Positions 49,008-60,219 of a stretch of 64,000 nt of DNA are shown here, one piece after another. The stretch is taken from NCBI GenBank assembly GCA_049320885.1, contig JBMORA010000029.1, positions 63,516 through 127,515 on the forward strand, written 5' to 3'. This DNA comes from Thermodesulfobacteriota bacterium (GTDB lineage Bacteria; Desulfobacterota; Desulfobacteria; Desulfobacterales; SURF-7). Within the stretch, counting starts at the first letter, position 1. Each line of letters opens with the position of its first letter. A model generated the notes under the pieces. That model did no database searches. It worked only from the letters and a program-made list of their open reading frames with translations, and was not told where the DNA came from. Position numbers and translations under genes: made by a program.

Positions 49008-49883
49008 TCATACCTTTTTGACGTAATGACGAGCAAACAGACCGCTCGGTTTGATGCAAAGCACGAAAACGATAATGACAAAAGCAACCACCGATTTGAA
49101 TTCGATGGAAACATAGCCGCCGAATAAATTTTCCATGATTCCTAAAAGGTAGGCGCCAAAAATGGCTCCGGGAAGTGATGTCATCCCCCCCATCACGGCG
49201 GCGGCGAATCCTTTCAGCATCGGGTCCCACATCATGTAGGGCTGCATGGTGACGGGCGCGATGAGCAATCCGGCTACACAGCCGATAAAGGCGGAGATTC
49301 CCCATGTAACCATCAGAATGCGGTTGGTGTTGATGCCCATCAGACGGGCCGCGTTGCTGTTCTGCTGGGTTGCCTTCATAGCCATCCCCAATCGGGAAAA
49401 CTTTAGAAACAGATACAGGCAAAGCATCAAGCCGACAGCAATCATGAGGGAAATCACCTCCAGTGTGCTGATGTATATGCTGCCGAATTCCAAACTGTCA
49501 TAAGGCGAGATGGGAAACGGCAAGGTCTTGGGATCGGCGCCGAATTTCCAGGATACGATTCCGATCAGAACCATCTCGATACCAATCGTTATAATGATCC
49601 GTCCCAGTACATTGGCTTCCTTTGCGCGACGCAGCACAGCAAATTCCAGAAAGCTGCCGGTGGCGAAAGAGAAAAGCAAGGCGGCCGGAAAGGCGATATG
49701 AAAAGGCAGTTGGTATTGGTCCAGCACCAAAAATGTCATAAACACCGCGAGCAACGCCATTTCCCCTTGGGCGAAATTAACGACCTCGGATGTCTTGTAG
49801 ATCATCACCATGGCCAGTCCCATCAGAGCGTAGGAACTCCCCACCGCGACACCGCTGACGACCATTTGCAGAAAATCCGTCAT
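49008..49883 (-). CDS. Liv-type ABC permease (LivH-like)
   Basis: YALMGLA, VVNFAQGE, KGFAAAVMGG. Confidence 0.92.
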   Translation of the reverse strand: MTDFLQMVVSGVAVGSSYALMGLAMVMIYKTSEVVNFAQGEMALLAVFMTFLVLDQYQLPFHIAFPAALLFSFATGSFLEFAVLRRAKEANVLGRIIITIGIEMVLIGIVSWKFGADPKTLPFPISPYDSLEFGSIYISTLEVISLMIAVGLMLCLYLFLKFSRLGMAMKATQQNSNAARLMGINTNRILMVTWGISAFIGCVAGLLIAPVTMQPYMMWDPMLKGFAAAVMGGMTSLPGAIFGAYLLGIMENLFGGYVSIEFKSVVAFVIIVFVLCIKPSGLFARHYVKKV

Positions 49884-49919
49884 ATCGTTTTTATTTCCGT
49901 TCTCTCTTGCTTCCAGAAA

Positions 49920-50969
49920 TCAAAAAGGCCATGTCTTCCAGTATTTCTTGATGCGAATCCAGAATCCCAATAACCCCAGCGGCTCGAAAAGCATAATAAA
50001 AATCATGATCAGCCCGAAAAGGATAAACTGGATATTCGATACGCCGGTTATGGAAAAATAGGTTTTCGACAAGGACTCCAGCCAGACACCGATGTAGGGG
50101 ATGCCGAGGATGTTGCGCAATTCCAGGTCGAGCCAGCTGATCAGGCAGGCCCCGGCGATGGAGCCGAAAACGGAACCTAACCCGCCGACCACCACCATCA
50201 ACAGAAACATGATCGACATGAATAAGGAAAACACCTCGGGCTCGATAAAGCGCAGTACAAAAGCGTAAAGTCCTCCGGCTATTCCAGTGTAGAAAGCGCT
50301 GACGGCAAAAGAAAGGGTTTTGTAATACAGGATGTTGACTCCCATTGTCTCCGCAGCGAGTTCCGCATCGCGAATGGCGAGAAAGGCTCTTCCCACTTTT
50401 GTCTTGACAAGATTGCGGGCCAATACGGCCAGCAGGATGGTAAGCGGAATCAGGAGAAAGTAAAAGTCCCTGTCGGATGTCAGACGCCACGGCCCGATCA
50501 TGAGTTCCGGAGCGTGAAGGCCCTGTCTGCCTCCGAAAAACTCAATCCTGCCGATAATCTGGGTAATGGTGAGGCCGAAACCGAGGGTGGCGATGGATAA
50601 ATAGGGGCCTTCCAACCGCAACGCCGGCAACCCGAGGAAAAATCCAAAAACAGCGGCGATCAAGCCTGCAAGCGGCAAAGCCAGACAGAAAGGCAATTGG
50701 GCCTTGGTCATGAACAGAAGCGTCCCGTAAGCGCCGATGGCGAAAAAGCCGCTGTGTCCCAGGGATATCTGTCCGGTATAGCCCACAAGGATGTTCAGCC
50801 CCAATGCCACAATGACGTTAATGGCGATGTAGTTCACCATATACACGTAATAGTTTTTCAGGAAGAAAGGCAACAGGCATAACATCAGCAGTAATGCTGC
50901 AAACCAGAAAGCGACCACACCCGAGGAAAAAAAACGGACATCCTCATAGTAATCCCGCTTCATATCCAT
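49920..50969 (-). CDS. Liv-type ABC permease (LivM-like)
   Basis: GYTGQISLGH, RLEGPYLSIATL, VVVGGLGS. Confidence 0.92.
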   Translation of the reverse strand: MDMKRDYYEDVRFFSSGVVAFWFAALLLMLCLLPFFLKNYYVYMVNYIAINVIVALGLNILVGYTGQISLGHSGFFAIGAYGTLLFMTKAQLPFCLALPLAGLIAAVFGFFLGLPALRLEGPYLSIATLGFGLTITQIIGRIEFFGGRQGLHAPELMIGPWRLTSDRDFYFLLIPLTILLAVLARNLVKTKVGRAFLAIRDAELAAETMGVNILYYKTLSFAVSAFYTGIAGGLYAFVLRFIEPEVFSLFMSIMFLLMVVVGGLGSVFGSIAGACLISWLDLELRNILGIPYIGVWLESLSKTYFSITGVSNIQFILFGLIMIFIMLFEPLGLLGFWIRIKKYWKTWPF

Positions 50970-51070
50970 ATCCGCACGCTCCCCGGGAAGTCTTGTTACA
51001 ATGCAAGCCTATCACGTCACTTCAGGAACTTGTGGTTGACATCCGATATTTTTTTGTAGAGTCGCCGTGT

Positions 51071-51100
51071 AGGATAATTCGATTCAGCCGCTTATGTCAA
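51071..51100 (-). promoter_or_regulatory. Putative sigma70 promoter for the liv/acyl-CoA ligase operon
   Basis: Minus strand TTGACA, 18-nt spacer, TATCCT. Confidence 0.35.
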
Positions 51101-51184
51101 GTAGGGAGCCTTAATTTTAGCCCGGGATACGGGAAAGTCGCTATAATGCAGCATCGTACGATTTCCGTTCATCGTATATCCTGC

Positions 51185-51213
51185 TTGACATCCGTATGCA
51201 CGGTTGTCATAAT
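51185..51213 (+). promoter_or_regulatory. Sigma70 promoter with extended -10 for the universal stress protein gene
   Basis: TTGACA, 17-nt spacer, CATAAT preceded by TGn. Confidence 0.6.
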
Positions 51214-51277
51214 AAAAAACAAGCAGTCATAACGCGATGCAACTTATATCATCGGTCAATTTCATTGGAGTGACAAC

Positions 51278-51670
51278 ATGAGAATTATGGTTTGTTTCGA
51301 CGGTTCAAATGCGTCCATTGCGGCTGTGGATCTGGCAGGTAAATTCGCGAAAGCCTTCGCTGCGAAACTCTTCATCGTTACTTCCATGGTCGGTGGAGCG
51401 GAAGATACGGCAAAGGAGATCAAACGACTGGAAGAAAATTTAAACCAGCTGAAAAGGCGTTTTGAGAACAACGGTATCCCATGTGAAGTACATCTGCTGA
51501 TCCGGGGTCTTTCGGCCGGGGAAGATATCGTCCTGTTTGCCGGGGAAAACGATATCGATCAGATACTCATCGGAATCGAAAAGAAATCGAAAGTCGGCAA
51601 ACTGCTGTTCGGTTCGACGGCGCAATATGTCATTCTGGAAGCCTCCTGCCCTGTTGTTGCGGTCAAATAG
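51278..51670 (+). CDS. Universal stress protein
   Basis: IMVCFDGS, LFGSTAQYVILEASCPVVAVK. Confidence 0.92.
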   Translation: MRIMVCFDGSNASIAAVDLAGKFAKAFAAKLFIVTSMVGGAEDTAKEIKRLEENLNQLKRRFENNGIPCEVHLLIRGLSAGEDIVLFAGENDIDQILIGIEKKSKVGKLLFGSTAQYVILEASCPVVAVK

Positions 51671-51688
51671 CATCCGGCGGGAAGAGTA

Positions 51689-52360
51689 TCACCAGCCTCC
51701 CGGCCATGCAGGTGCGACGGAAACCGCAAGCTGTTTCAAGAACTGTTTTCTGGGGACCTCCCGGGCGCCAAGGCGTTTTAAATGGCCGGTGGTCACTTGA
51801 CAGTCGATCAGATCGAACCCTTTTTCCCCCAGATAGTTCACCAGAAATGCAAAAGCCACCTTGGATGCGTCGGTGATGCGGGAAAACATGGATTCTCCGA
51901 AGAAACAGTTACCGATGGCAACGCCATAGAGACCACCGGCAAGATAATTTTCTACCCATGCTTCGACGGAATGGGCATGCCCGTTCCGGTATAGCCGCGT
52001 ATATGCATCGATCATATCGCTGTTGATCCATGTCTGCTGTCCCTGTTCCAGACGGATGCGGGCACATTCCTCCATGACCCTTACAAAGGCTGTATCCGCG
52101 GTGATACGGAATCGATTTGCCCGGATGGTCCGCAGCAGCCTTTTGGAAAGATGGAATTCGGCGGGGTACAGAATCAGGCGCGGGTCGGGGCTCCACCACA
52201 GAATAGGGTCGTCTTCCGAGAACCATGGGAAAATCCCCATTCGGTATGCCAGCAGCAACCGTTCTTCGGTCAAATCTCCCCCGACGGCCAGGAGACCGTC
52301 ATCCTCGGCCAACTCGGGTGATGGAAACGTCAACGCTTCTGAAAGCAGGAAAACCGGCAT
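51689..52360 (-). CDS. aat: Leucyl/phenylalanyl-tRNA-protein transferase
   Basis: GLLAVGGDL, AYRMGIFPW, WWSPDPR, FFGESMFS. Confidence 0.95.
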   Translation of the reverse strand: MPVFLLSEALTFPSPELAEDDGLLAVGGDLTEERLLLAYRMGIFPWFSEDDPILWWSPDPRLILYPAEFHLSKRLLRTIRANRFRITADTAFVRVMEECARIRLEQGQQTWINSDMIDAYTRLYRNGHAHSVEAWVENYLAGGLYGVAIGNCFFGESMFSRITDASKVAFAFLVNYLGEKGFDLIDCQVTTGHLKRLGAREVPRKQFLKQLAVSVAPAWPGGW

Positions 52361-52414
52361 GACGGGCTACGAGGACGAGTCGACAAAGAAACGCATGATA
52401 ACCCAGACTCCATT

Positions 52415-54652
52415 TTATTGAAACGCGAATATCAGTTTATCATCGACGAGTTCGATATGGATCTCTCCGCCGTTCTGGAGTTTCCCGAAGAGAATCTGGT
52501 CGGAGAGGACATCCTTGATTTCCGTCTGAATCAGGCGGCTCAGGGGCCGGGCTCCGTATCGGGGGTCATGGCCTTTCATTGCCAGCCATTTTCGGGCAGT
52601 GGCGGAAAGGGTGATGCTGATTTTTTTCGCGGACAACTGCTGTCCCAGCTCCATCAGGAATTTATCAACCACTTTTTCCATGATGGGCAGGTCCAGCGGG
52701 TTGAAGGTAATGACTCCGTCCAGGCGATTCCGGAATTCGGGACTGAAGAAGGATTCGAGCGCTTTTTTCCCTTTGCTTTCCGTATCACCAAGGTCGCTGC
52801 CGAAACCGATGGAGCGGCTGCTCATCTCACGGGAGCCGGCATTAGAGGTCATGATCAATATCACATTCCGGAAGTCGGCCCGTTTCCCGTTGTTGTCCGT
52901 GAGCGTGGCATGATCCATAACCTGGAGAAGGATGTTGAAAAGATCCATGTGGGCTTTTTCGATTTCATCCAGCAGCAATACACTGTATGGATGTTTTCGA
53001 ATGCCGTCGGTCAGCAGTCCGCCCTGTTCAAAACCGATATATCCCGGCGGCGCGCCGATCAGTCTGGCGACGGCGTGCTTTTCCATGTATTCGCTCATGT
53101 CGAAGCGGATGAACTCCACACCCAGCACTTTCGCGATCTGCCGGGAAACTTCCGTTTTCCCGACTCCGGTGGGGCCCGTGAACAGAAACGAGCCGATGGG
53201 CTTCCCGGGTGCTTCCAGTCCGGCCCGCGATCGTTTTATCGCCGTCACCAGCGATGCGATGGCGGCATCCTGTCCGAAGACGACCTCCTTCACTTTCTGT
53301 TCCAGCATTTCGAGTTTCGCCCGGTCGTTGGTCGTGACCTTTTGCGACGGAATCCGCGCCATTTTGGCGACAATTCGTTCCACATCCGCGGCATGAATTT
53401 TCTTGCGACGGGGGGTCGCGGAAATCTGGATAAAGGAACCGGCTTCATCGATCACATCGATGGCCTTGTCCGGTAGATACCGATCGTTCAGATATTTGGC
53501 GGAGAGTTCAGCGGCAGCCTTTAACGCGCCTTCCGTGTATTCGATTCCATGATATTCCTCGTAATAGCTTTTCAATCCTTTCAGGATTTTTACGGTCTGG
53601 GAAATATCCGGTTCCGCGATCTCGATTTTTTCAAATCGACGGGACAGAGCCCGATCTTTTTCAAAATGATTTTTATATTCTTCGAAGGTGCTTGACCCGA
53701 TGCAGCGGATTTCACCGGAGGTCAACACTGGTTTGAGAATGTTCGATGCATCCATGGATCCGCTGCTGGTGGCCCCTGCCCCGACAATGGTATGAATCTC
53801 GTCTATGAATAAAATGGCGTTGGCTTTGCGTTGAAGCGACAGAATCACCTTTTTCAGTCGTTGCTCGAAATCGCCGCGAAATTTCGTGCCGGCCAGAAGG
53901 GCTCCTAAATCAAGGGCAAAAATACTGGTCTGTTTCAAAAATTCCGGAACGTTGCCGTCCACGATTCGTTGCGCCAAGCCTTCGGCCATTGCGGTTTTCC
54001 CCACCCCGGGCTCGCCGACAAAGACAGGGTTGTGTTTCCTCCTGCGGCACAATACCTGAATGGTCCGCTCCAGTTCAGCCTCGCGGCCGATCAGCGGGTC
54101 CAGTTTTCCATCGCGGGCTTTCTGCACGAGGTCCACCGTGAACACCGCCAGCGGATCCACTTTTTTCTTTTTGTCCTGCCTGTCGCCACGGTCAATCTCG
54201 TCATTGCCCTCCGTATCGGTTTCGGACGGCGCACCATGGGAAATATAGTTCAGGACATCCAAACGGGTGATACCCTCTTCCTGCAGAAAATAGACCGCAT
54301 GGGAATCTTTTTCGAGAAAAATGGAAGCCAGAATATCTCCCAAGGTCACTTCCGTCTTTTCAGCGGACCGAGCTTGGTTGACCGCCCGCTGGATGACGCG
54401 CTGAAAACCGATGGTCTGATGCAGGACATATTCCCCCCCTTCGGGGATGCTCTCAAACCTCTCGTTTAAAAATCTTTCCAGTTTGTTTCTCAGGTTGAGG
54501 GCGTTTCCTCCGCAGCTCTCGATGATGTCGCTCCCGCTTCCGTCCTGAACAATGGCAAACAATACATGTTCCAGGCAGACATACTCATGCCGTCTCCGTT
54601 TTGCTTCTCTGACCGCGAAACCGAGCGCAGCGCTAAGCTCCTTGCTGATCAT
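52415..54652 (-). CDS. clpA: ATP-dependent Clp protease ATP-binding subunit ClpA
   Basis: Two AAA+ domains ([16 protein letters not shown]), IGF loop; lies between clpS and aat. Start set at MISKEL. Confidence 0.96.
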   Translation of the reverse strand: MISKELSAALGFAVREAKRRRHEYVCLEHVLFAIVQDGSGSDIIESCGGNALNLRNKLERFLNERFESIPEGGEYVLHQTIGFQRVIQRAVNQARSAEKTEVTLGDILASIFLEKDSHAVYFLQEEGITRLDVLNYISHGAPSETDTEGNDEIDRGDRQDKKKKVDPLAVFTVDLVQKARDGKLDPLIGREAELERTIQVLCRRRKHNPVFVGEPGVGKTAMAEGLAQRIVDGNVPEFLKQTSIFALDLGALLAGTKFRGDFEQRLKKVILSLQRKANAILFIDEIHTIVGAGATSSGSMDASNILKPVLTSGEIRCIGSSTFEEYKNHFEKDRALSRRFEKIEIAEPDISQTVKILKGLKSYYEEYHGIEYTEGALKAAAELSAKYLNDRYLPDKAIDVIDEAGSFIQISATPRRKKIHAADVERIVAKMARIPSQKVTTNDRAKLEMLEQKVKEVVFGQDAAIASLVTAIKRSRAGLEAPGKPIGSFLFTGPTGVGKTEVSRQIAKVLGVEFIRFDMSEYMEKHAVARLIGAPPGYIGFEQGGLLTDGIRKHPYSVLLLDEIEKAHMDLFNILLQVMDHATLTDNNGKRADFRNVILIMTSNAGSREMSSRSIGFGSDLGDTESKGKKALESFFSPEFRNRLDGVITFNPLDLPIMEKVVDKFLMELGQQLSAKKISITLSATARKWLAMKGHDPRYGARPLSRLIQTEIKDVLSDQILFGKLQNGGEIHIELVDDKLIFAFQ

Positions 54653-54656
54653 CCCA

Positions 54657-54971
54657 TTACTCCTTTTCCATCGAGCATTTAAGGGGAAATCCATTTTCCT
54701 GGGCCAGGGAATGAACGGCGTCGACTTTGGTTTCGGCGATTTCATGCGTGTATATGCCGCAGATCCCCACTCCCCTGCGATGCACATTCAGCATGATCTG
54801 GGTTGCTTCTTCCGGCGTTTTCTTGAAAACGGACATCAGGATTTCAATCACGAAGTCCATGGTCGTATAATCGTCGTTGTGCAGAAGTACCCGGAACATG
54901 GGAGGTTCCACCACAGTTTCACGGGTTTTTATGGAAACCCCTATTTCGGTTTCCGGTTTGTCGGAACTCAT
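54657..54971 (-). CDS. clpS: Clp protease adaptor ClpS
   Basis: VLLHNDDYTTMDFV, MLNVH, FPLKCSME. Confidence 0.96.
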   Translation of the reverse strand: MSSDKPETEIGVSIKTRETVVEPPMFRVLLHNDDYTTMDFVIEILMSVFKKTPEEATQIMLNVHRRGVGICGIYTHEIAETKVDAVHSLAQENGFPLKCSMEKE

Positions 54972-55097
54972 CCCCCCCTCCAAAAGTCTTCCGTCGGCGC
55001 GGGTGCGTTTCATTCGGAACTTGCGGTGATCATATCTGCCAAAATTGTAAGTTCGGAGACGAAAAAAATCAAGCCTCAATTCATATCGGAACGGATT

Positions 55098-57623
55098 TTA
55101 CCGTCCGCAACATTTTTTGTATTTTTTCCCGCTTCCGCACGGACAGACCGTATTCCTGCCGATTTTGTCCGCCATTCGTTTTACCGGCTTTTTGCTTGAT
55201 TCTTCCCCGTCTCCATGGGAGAAAATCAGATTCTGCTCCTTGGGTTTTTGGATTTCCTCGATTTTCTGCGGCTCAGCGATTTGAATCCGGAAAAGGATCG
55301 TAACGATTTCCTCCTTGACCCTGGCAATCATATCCTGAAACAGTTCAAAACCTTCTTTTTTGTACACCAGCAATGGATTCTGCTGGGCATATCCCCTCAA
55401 CCCGATCCCTTCTTTGAGATGATCCATGGAAAGAAGGTGATCCTTCCATAAATTATCGACGGTTTGCAGCGTGATGACGCGCTCTATCTGACGAAAGTCC
55501 TCCGTCCCCACAAGGGTCTCTTTTTCATTGTAAAGTGATATGGCCTTCTCAACGATCAGGTCGTTCAATGCGCCTGCGGTCATTCCATCCAAGCTGTCGC
55601 GGTCCAGTTGCAATCGGAAATTGAACTGTTTGAAGACCGCCTCGTCTATACCTTTTGCATCCCACTCTTCCGGCATTTCTTTTCCAGCGGAATACCGCTG
55701 GACAATCATTTCGGCCTGATCCATGATCATTTCCTCGATGGCCGGTTTCAGATCTTCACCACCCAAGGCTTCCCGTCGCTGCTGATAAATCACCTTGCGC
55801 TGCTGGTTCATCACGTCATCATATTCCAACAGCTGCTTCCGGATGTCAAAATTGCGCCCTTCCACTTTTTTCTGAGCATTTTCGATGGCGTTGCTAATCC
55901 ATCTATGTTCAATCATTTCACCTTCTTGCATACCAAGTCGGTTCATGATGCCCGTGATTCGCTCACCGCCGAAAATTCTCAACAGATCATCCTCCAGCGC
56001 CAAATAAAAACGGGATGATCCTGGATCACCCTGACGGCCGGAGCGTCCGCGGAGCTGGTTGTCGATACGCCGGCTTTCATGCCGTTCAGTTCCGATGATG
56101 TGGAGCCCGCCGACTTCTTTCACGCCTTCCCCCAGAACGATATCCGTTCCCCGCCCCGCCATATTGGTGGATATGGTGACGGAACCTTTCTGGCCGGCCA
56201 TCGCGACGATCTCGGCCTCCTTGCTGTGATTTTTGGCGTTCAACACCTCATGTTTGATTCCCCGTTTTTTTAATTTTTCACTGAAACTCTCGGAAACGTC
56301 GATGGAAATAGTTCCCACCAGAACCGGCTGTCCTGTTTTGTGAAGTTCGACGATTTCATCCACAACGGCGTTGTATTTTTCCCGTTTTGTCTTGTAAATG
56401 ACATCCGGGTGGTCGATCCGGATCATGGGCATGTTGGTCGGAACCACCACGACATCCAGGTTGTATATTTTCTTGAATTCAGCGGCTTCCGTATCGGCCG
56501 TACCGGTCATACCGGCGAGCTTGTTGTACATGCGGAAATAATTCTGAAAGGTTATTGTGGCCAACGTCTGGTTTTCGTTCTCAATTTTAACGCCTTCCTT
56601 GGCTTCCAGGGCCTGGTGCAATCCCTCGCTGTATCGACGACCGGGCATTAATCGTCCGGTGAATTCGTCGACGATGATAACTTCCCCGTCTTTGACAATG
56701 TAATCGACATCGCGTTTAAACAACGTGTGGGCTTTCAAGGCCTGGTTGGTATGATGGAGCAGTTCGATATTTTTGGGGTCGAACAGGTTCTCGACCTGTA
56801 ATTTTTTTTCCGCCTTGGCCACGCCATCCTCGGTCAATACCACCGAACGGGCCTTCTCATCGATGGTGTAATCCGTATCGCAAATCAGACCGGGAATAAT
56901 GGTGTTGACTTCGTAGTAAAGGCTGGTGGATTTTTCCGCCGGCCCGGAGATAATCAGCGGGGTTCTGGCTTCATCGATCAGGATGCTGTCCACCTCGTCC
57001 ACAATGGCGAAATTGAGCTCGCGCTGTACGATGGATTGCTGATAAAACTTCATGTTATCGCGAAGATAGTCAAAACCGAATTCATTGTTGGTACCGTAAG
57101 TAATATCCGCGTTGTAGGCTTTTTTCCGTTCTTCATCGTTCAGGTCATGCAGAATGGTTCCAACAGAAAGGCCTAAAAACCGGTAAATCTTGCCCATCCA
57201 TTCCGCATCCCTCCTGGCGAGGTAATCATTTACAGTAATAATATGAACACCTTTTCCCGAAAGAGCGTTCAGATAGGCGGGCAGCGTCGCCACCAGGGTT
57301 TTGCCCTCACCGGTTTTCATTTCCGCGATCATGCCGTTGTGCAACACCATTCCACCGATCAATTGCACATCAAAATGGCGCATCCGGAGGGTCCGAATGG
57401 AAGCTTCCCGGACAACGGCGAATACATCCGGCAGGATATCGTCCAAGGTCGCACCGTTGTGGATTTTTTCTTTGAAAAAGGCGGTTTTCCCCTGCAGGTC
57501 CTGATCGCTCAGGGCCTTGATTTCATTCTCCCTTGCGTTTATCTGTTCCACAATCGGCTGAAATCGCTTGATGGTCCGCTCGTTTTTACTGCCGAAAATT
57601 TTTGTTAGCGCCTGTAAAATCAT
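55098..57623 (-). CDS. secA: Preprotein translocase ATPase SecA
   Basis: [35 protein letters not shown]-terminal [18 protein letters not shown]. Confidence 0.98.
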   Translation of the reverse strand: MILQALTKIFGSKNERTIKRFQPIVEQINARENEIKALSDQDLQGKTAFFKEKIHNGATLDDILPDVFAVVREASIRTLRMRHFDVQLIGGMVLHNGMIAEMKTGEGKTLVATLPAYLNALSGKGVHIITVNDYLARRDAEWMGKIYRFLGLSVGTILHDLNDEERKKAYNADITYGTNNEFGFDYLRDNMKFYQQSIVQRELNFAIVDEVDSILIDEARTPLIISGPAEKSTSLYYEVNTIIPGLICDTDYTIDEKARSVVLTEDGVAKAEKKLQVENLFDPKNIELLHHTNQALKAHTLFKRDVDYIVKDGEVIIVDEFTGRLMPGRRYSEGLHQALEAKEGVKIENENQTLATITFQNYFRMYNKLAGMTGTADTEAAEFKKIYNLDVVVVPTNMPMIRIDHPDVIYKTKREKYNAVVDEIVELHKTGQPVLVGTISIDVSESFSEKLKKRGIKHEVLNAKNHSKEAEIVAMAGQKGSVTISTNMAGRGTDIVLGEGVKEVGGLHIIGTERHESRRIDNQLRGRSGRQGDPGSSRFYLALEDDLLRIFGGERITGIMNRLGMQEGEMIEHRWISNAIENAQKKVEGRNFDIRKQLLEYDDVMNQQRKVIYQQRREALGGEDLKPAIEEMIMDQAEMIVQRYSAGKEMPEEWDAKGIDEAVFKQFNFRLQLDRDSLDGMTAGALNDLIVEKAISLYNEKETLVGTEDFRQIERVITLQTVDNLWKDHLLSMDHLKEGIGLRGYAQQNPLLVYKKEGFELFQDMIARVKEEIVTILFRIQIAEPQKIEEIQKPKEQNLIFSHGDGEESSKKPVKRMADKIGRNTVCPCGSGKKYKKCCGR

Positions 57624-57730
57624 GTATTGTCACATCCTCCACATCGTGATGGGTTGTTCATCGCTGTTCGGTAAGGATCATTAACACAATTCATGCATTC
57701 AAAAAACGATTAAATTGAGCGGGACGGGGT

Positions 57731-57763
57731 AAATGCTCCACGGCAACCGGTCGACGAGCATTT
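57731..57763. other. Inverted repeat between the M23 peptidase gene and secA
   Basis: 8-bp stem AAATGCTC...GAGCATTT; weak T tract, so terminator function is uncertain. Confidence 0.3.
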
Positions 57764-57809
57764 CTGGCTGCTCCGCGAATTCAAACGATTCCGGTCTTCC
57801 GATAGGGGG

Positions 57810-58736
57810 CTAATCGAGGATGTATTTTTCGGGATTGACAGATATGCCGTTTAACCGAACGTCATAGTGGAGATGGGGGCCGGTGGTTCTGCCGGAGTTG
57901 CCGACTTCGGCAATCAGGTCGCCTCTTTTGACGGTGTGGCCGGCTTTTTTCGTTATTGAATTCAGGTGTGCATACCGCGTCACCATTCCATGACCATGAT
58001 CGATAATGATCATGGTCCCGAGCAGCCCTTTTTTATCGGCGAAGGTAATCGTGCCATCCGCCGCGGCGATCACGGGTGTTCCGATCCTGGTTGAAATATC
58101 GAGGCCTTTATGGAATTCCCGTCGGCCCGTAAAAGGCGATCTGCGATAACCGAAACGCGAGGTGATCCATCCACTGGTGGGACTGACGGCTGGTGTGGAT
58201 GCCAGCAGATTCTTGCGATCATCCAGATATTTCAACAGATTCGTGAACCCTTCCTGCTGATTATCTGAGGCCATGTCCAGTTGATCCACCTGTTCATGCA
58301 TTTCGCGTATCAGGCTTGCGTGTTTTTCGGTAATCATTAAACCGGCATCCAAATCCTCCGGAATGGATCCGCCGACACCAAACACACTGTCCTGCTCATC
58401 CGATTTTTCAATGTTGGCGATTATGCGAATTTTCTTTTCAAAGGCATGTAGATTGACGAGCTTGGTCTTGATGGTGTTGAGCTGGGCTGCGAACAACTGA
58501 ATCTGTTTCCGCTGGCCCGAAATTTCCTGTTGCTGGACTTCCATTTGATTCACCAGGAATTCCGATCGGATTCCATCGGATTTCAAACAGGAATAATCGA
58601 AAAGGATTGCTCCGACGATACAGATGCCCAAGCAGAAAAAAAAACCGCTAATCATCAAATTCAAGCGGGAAACGGTGATCTTTTTTATCGAAGCTCCGGT
58701 GTTGCTTGCGATGAAGAAAGTGACGGTATTGTTCAT
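57810..58736 (-). CDS. M23 family metallopeptidase with a TM anchor and coiled coil
   Basis: ITSRFGYR.SPF, HKGLD, YAHL, TGPHLHY. Confidence 0.93.
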   Translation of the reverse strand: MNNTVTFFIASNTGASIKKITVSRLNLMISGFFFCLGICIVGAILFDYSCLKSDGIRSEFLVNQMEVQQQEISGQRKQIQLFAAQLNTIKTKLVNLHAFEKKIRIIANIEKSDEQDSVFGVGGSIPEDLDAGLMITEKHASLIREMHEQVDQLDMASDNQQEGFTNLLKYLDDRKNLLASTPAVSPTSGWITSRFGYRRSPFTGRREFHKGLDISTRIGTPVIAAADGTITFADKKGLLGTMIIIDHGHGMVTRYAHLNSITKKAGHTVKRGDLIAEVGNSGRTTGPHLHYDVRLNGISVNPEKYILD

Positions 58737-58989
58737 GGTTCTGATTCAATAGGTAATGGGGTTAAGATCTTGGGGAGATCGTTCCGAAAAGGAGCCAAGC
58801 GGATGACAATTTAAGCGTATTCTTATGATACCGTAACTTACCAAAAACAGGAATGACTGTCAAGCTATCTTCGATAGTTGGATGAAGGATTGCGATCTAA
58901 CAGGCGGATTTTTGTAAATTTTGGAGGAGGGACCCGAGGATCCCTCCTTGTCCAGGCATCATTATCAAACGGAGACGGCGACAGGAAAA

Positions 58990-59898
58990 TCAGATCAATC
59001 CAAGTTTAAACTTAAGTGATTTCAGAGTATTGTGCATCAGCATCGTTATCGTCATGGGACCGACTCCACCCGGAACCGGAGTGATCCAGCCCGCGATTTC
59101 CTTTGCCGCCTCAAAATCCACATCGCCTTTCAGAATCGCCACTTTTTTCCCGGTTTTTTCGCTCACTTTTTCGCCGACCCGGTTCACTCCCACGTCAATG
59201 ACGCATGCGCCCGGCTTGATCCATTCCGGTTTGACCAGGTCGGGTACGCCTGCCGCCACGATCAGAATTTCAGCCCGCTTGCAATGGTAGGCCAGATCTT
59301 TTGTTCCGGTATGAACGATCGTTACCGTCGAATTGGCCCCTTTGCCCTTCTGAAGCATCATATTCGCGATGGGTTTGCCGACAATGTTGGAACGGCCTAC
59401 AACCACGACCTCCGCGCCCTTGGTTTCAACACCGGAACGAACGATCAATTCCTGGATACCGGCCGGGGTGCAGGGCGGGAATTTGACCTCGCTTCCGCCG
59501 ATCATCAGTCTGCCGACATTCACCGGATGGAAACCGTCCACATCCTTGTCCGGATCAATGGTGTTTAAAACCTTTTTCTCGTCAATGTGTTTCGGCAAGG
59601 GCAGCTGCACCAGAATGCCATGAATGGAATCATCCTGATTGTATTTCTGGATCAGCGCCAACAAATCCTTTTCCGAGATATCCACCGGCTGGGAATCCTG
59701 AACTTCTTTGAATCCGACGCGATGGGCTGTCTGGATTTTAAGAGTGACATACGACATGGAAGCCGGGTTTTCGCCCACGAGAATGGTTACAAGTCCCGGT
59801 ACCTTTCCATACTTGGCTTTGATTTCCGCCACCTCGGCCGTTATCTCCTCCAGCATCTGTTCGCGAACTTCCGTCCCTTTGATCAGTTTTGCAGACAT
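58990..59898 (-). CDS. folD: Methylenetetrahydrofolate dehydrogenase/cyclohydrolase
   Basis: QLPLP, KDVDGFHP, PCTP, GRSNIVGKP, PGGVGPMT; AAGGAG before MSAKL. Confidence 0.97.
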   Translation of the reverse strand: MSAKLIKGTEVREQMLEEITAEVAEIKAKYGKVPGLVTILVGENPASMSYVTLKIQTAHRVGFKEVQDSQPVDISEKDLLALIQKYNQDDSIHGILVQLPLPKHIDEKKVLNTIDPDKDVDGFHPVNVGRLMIGGSEVKFPPCTPAGIQELIVRSGVETKGAEVVVVGRSNIVGKPIANMMLQKGKGANSTVTIVHTGTKDLAYHCKRAEILIVAAGVPDLVKPEWIKPGACVIDVGVNRVGEKVSEKTGKKVAILKGDVDFEAAKEIAGWITPVPGGVGPMTITMLMHNTLKSLKFKLGLI

Positions 59899-60219
59899 TT
59901 TCCGTCTCCTTTCAGACATATTGGTTTATTTGCTTCGTCGATCATATCGCATGGATCTTCGTTGAATCGAGGGCTTTTCCAAATCAATAAAAATTGTATT
60001 TTTATCAGCTGAGAAATGAATGTCAAGCAAAGATTCAGAGAGATAGATACCACCCGTTAAAATAGAACTTGACACCTGTTTCCAATTCTGCAATTGCAAA
60101 CATACCGTTTGGTTTGTTTTATCCGGATGGATCTCCCCCTTTCGTTTTTTTCTCAGGAGTACTGATATGAAATGACAATGTCCTTCCTTACCAACATCCA
60201 TGCCAACAGGAGATAAGCC

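Noticed and set aside
48973..49422. N-terminal extension of the 547-aa binding-protein ORF
   Set aside because: Overlaps livH in another frame; the ribosome-binding site and signal peptide mark the start at 48972.
51689..54971. clpS-clpA-aat cluster as a novelty
   Set aside because: Standard N-degron pathway arrangement.
58925..58948. AGGAGGGA/TCCCTCCT inverted repeat downstream of folD
   Set aside because: No U-tract in the folD direction, so it cannot be supported as an intrinsic terminator.
59899..60030. Possible folate-related riboswitch in the folD leader
   Set aside because: No recognisable THF or ZTP aptamer features by eye; an Rfam covariance search would be needed.
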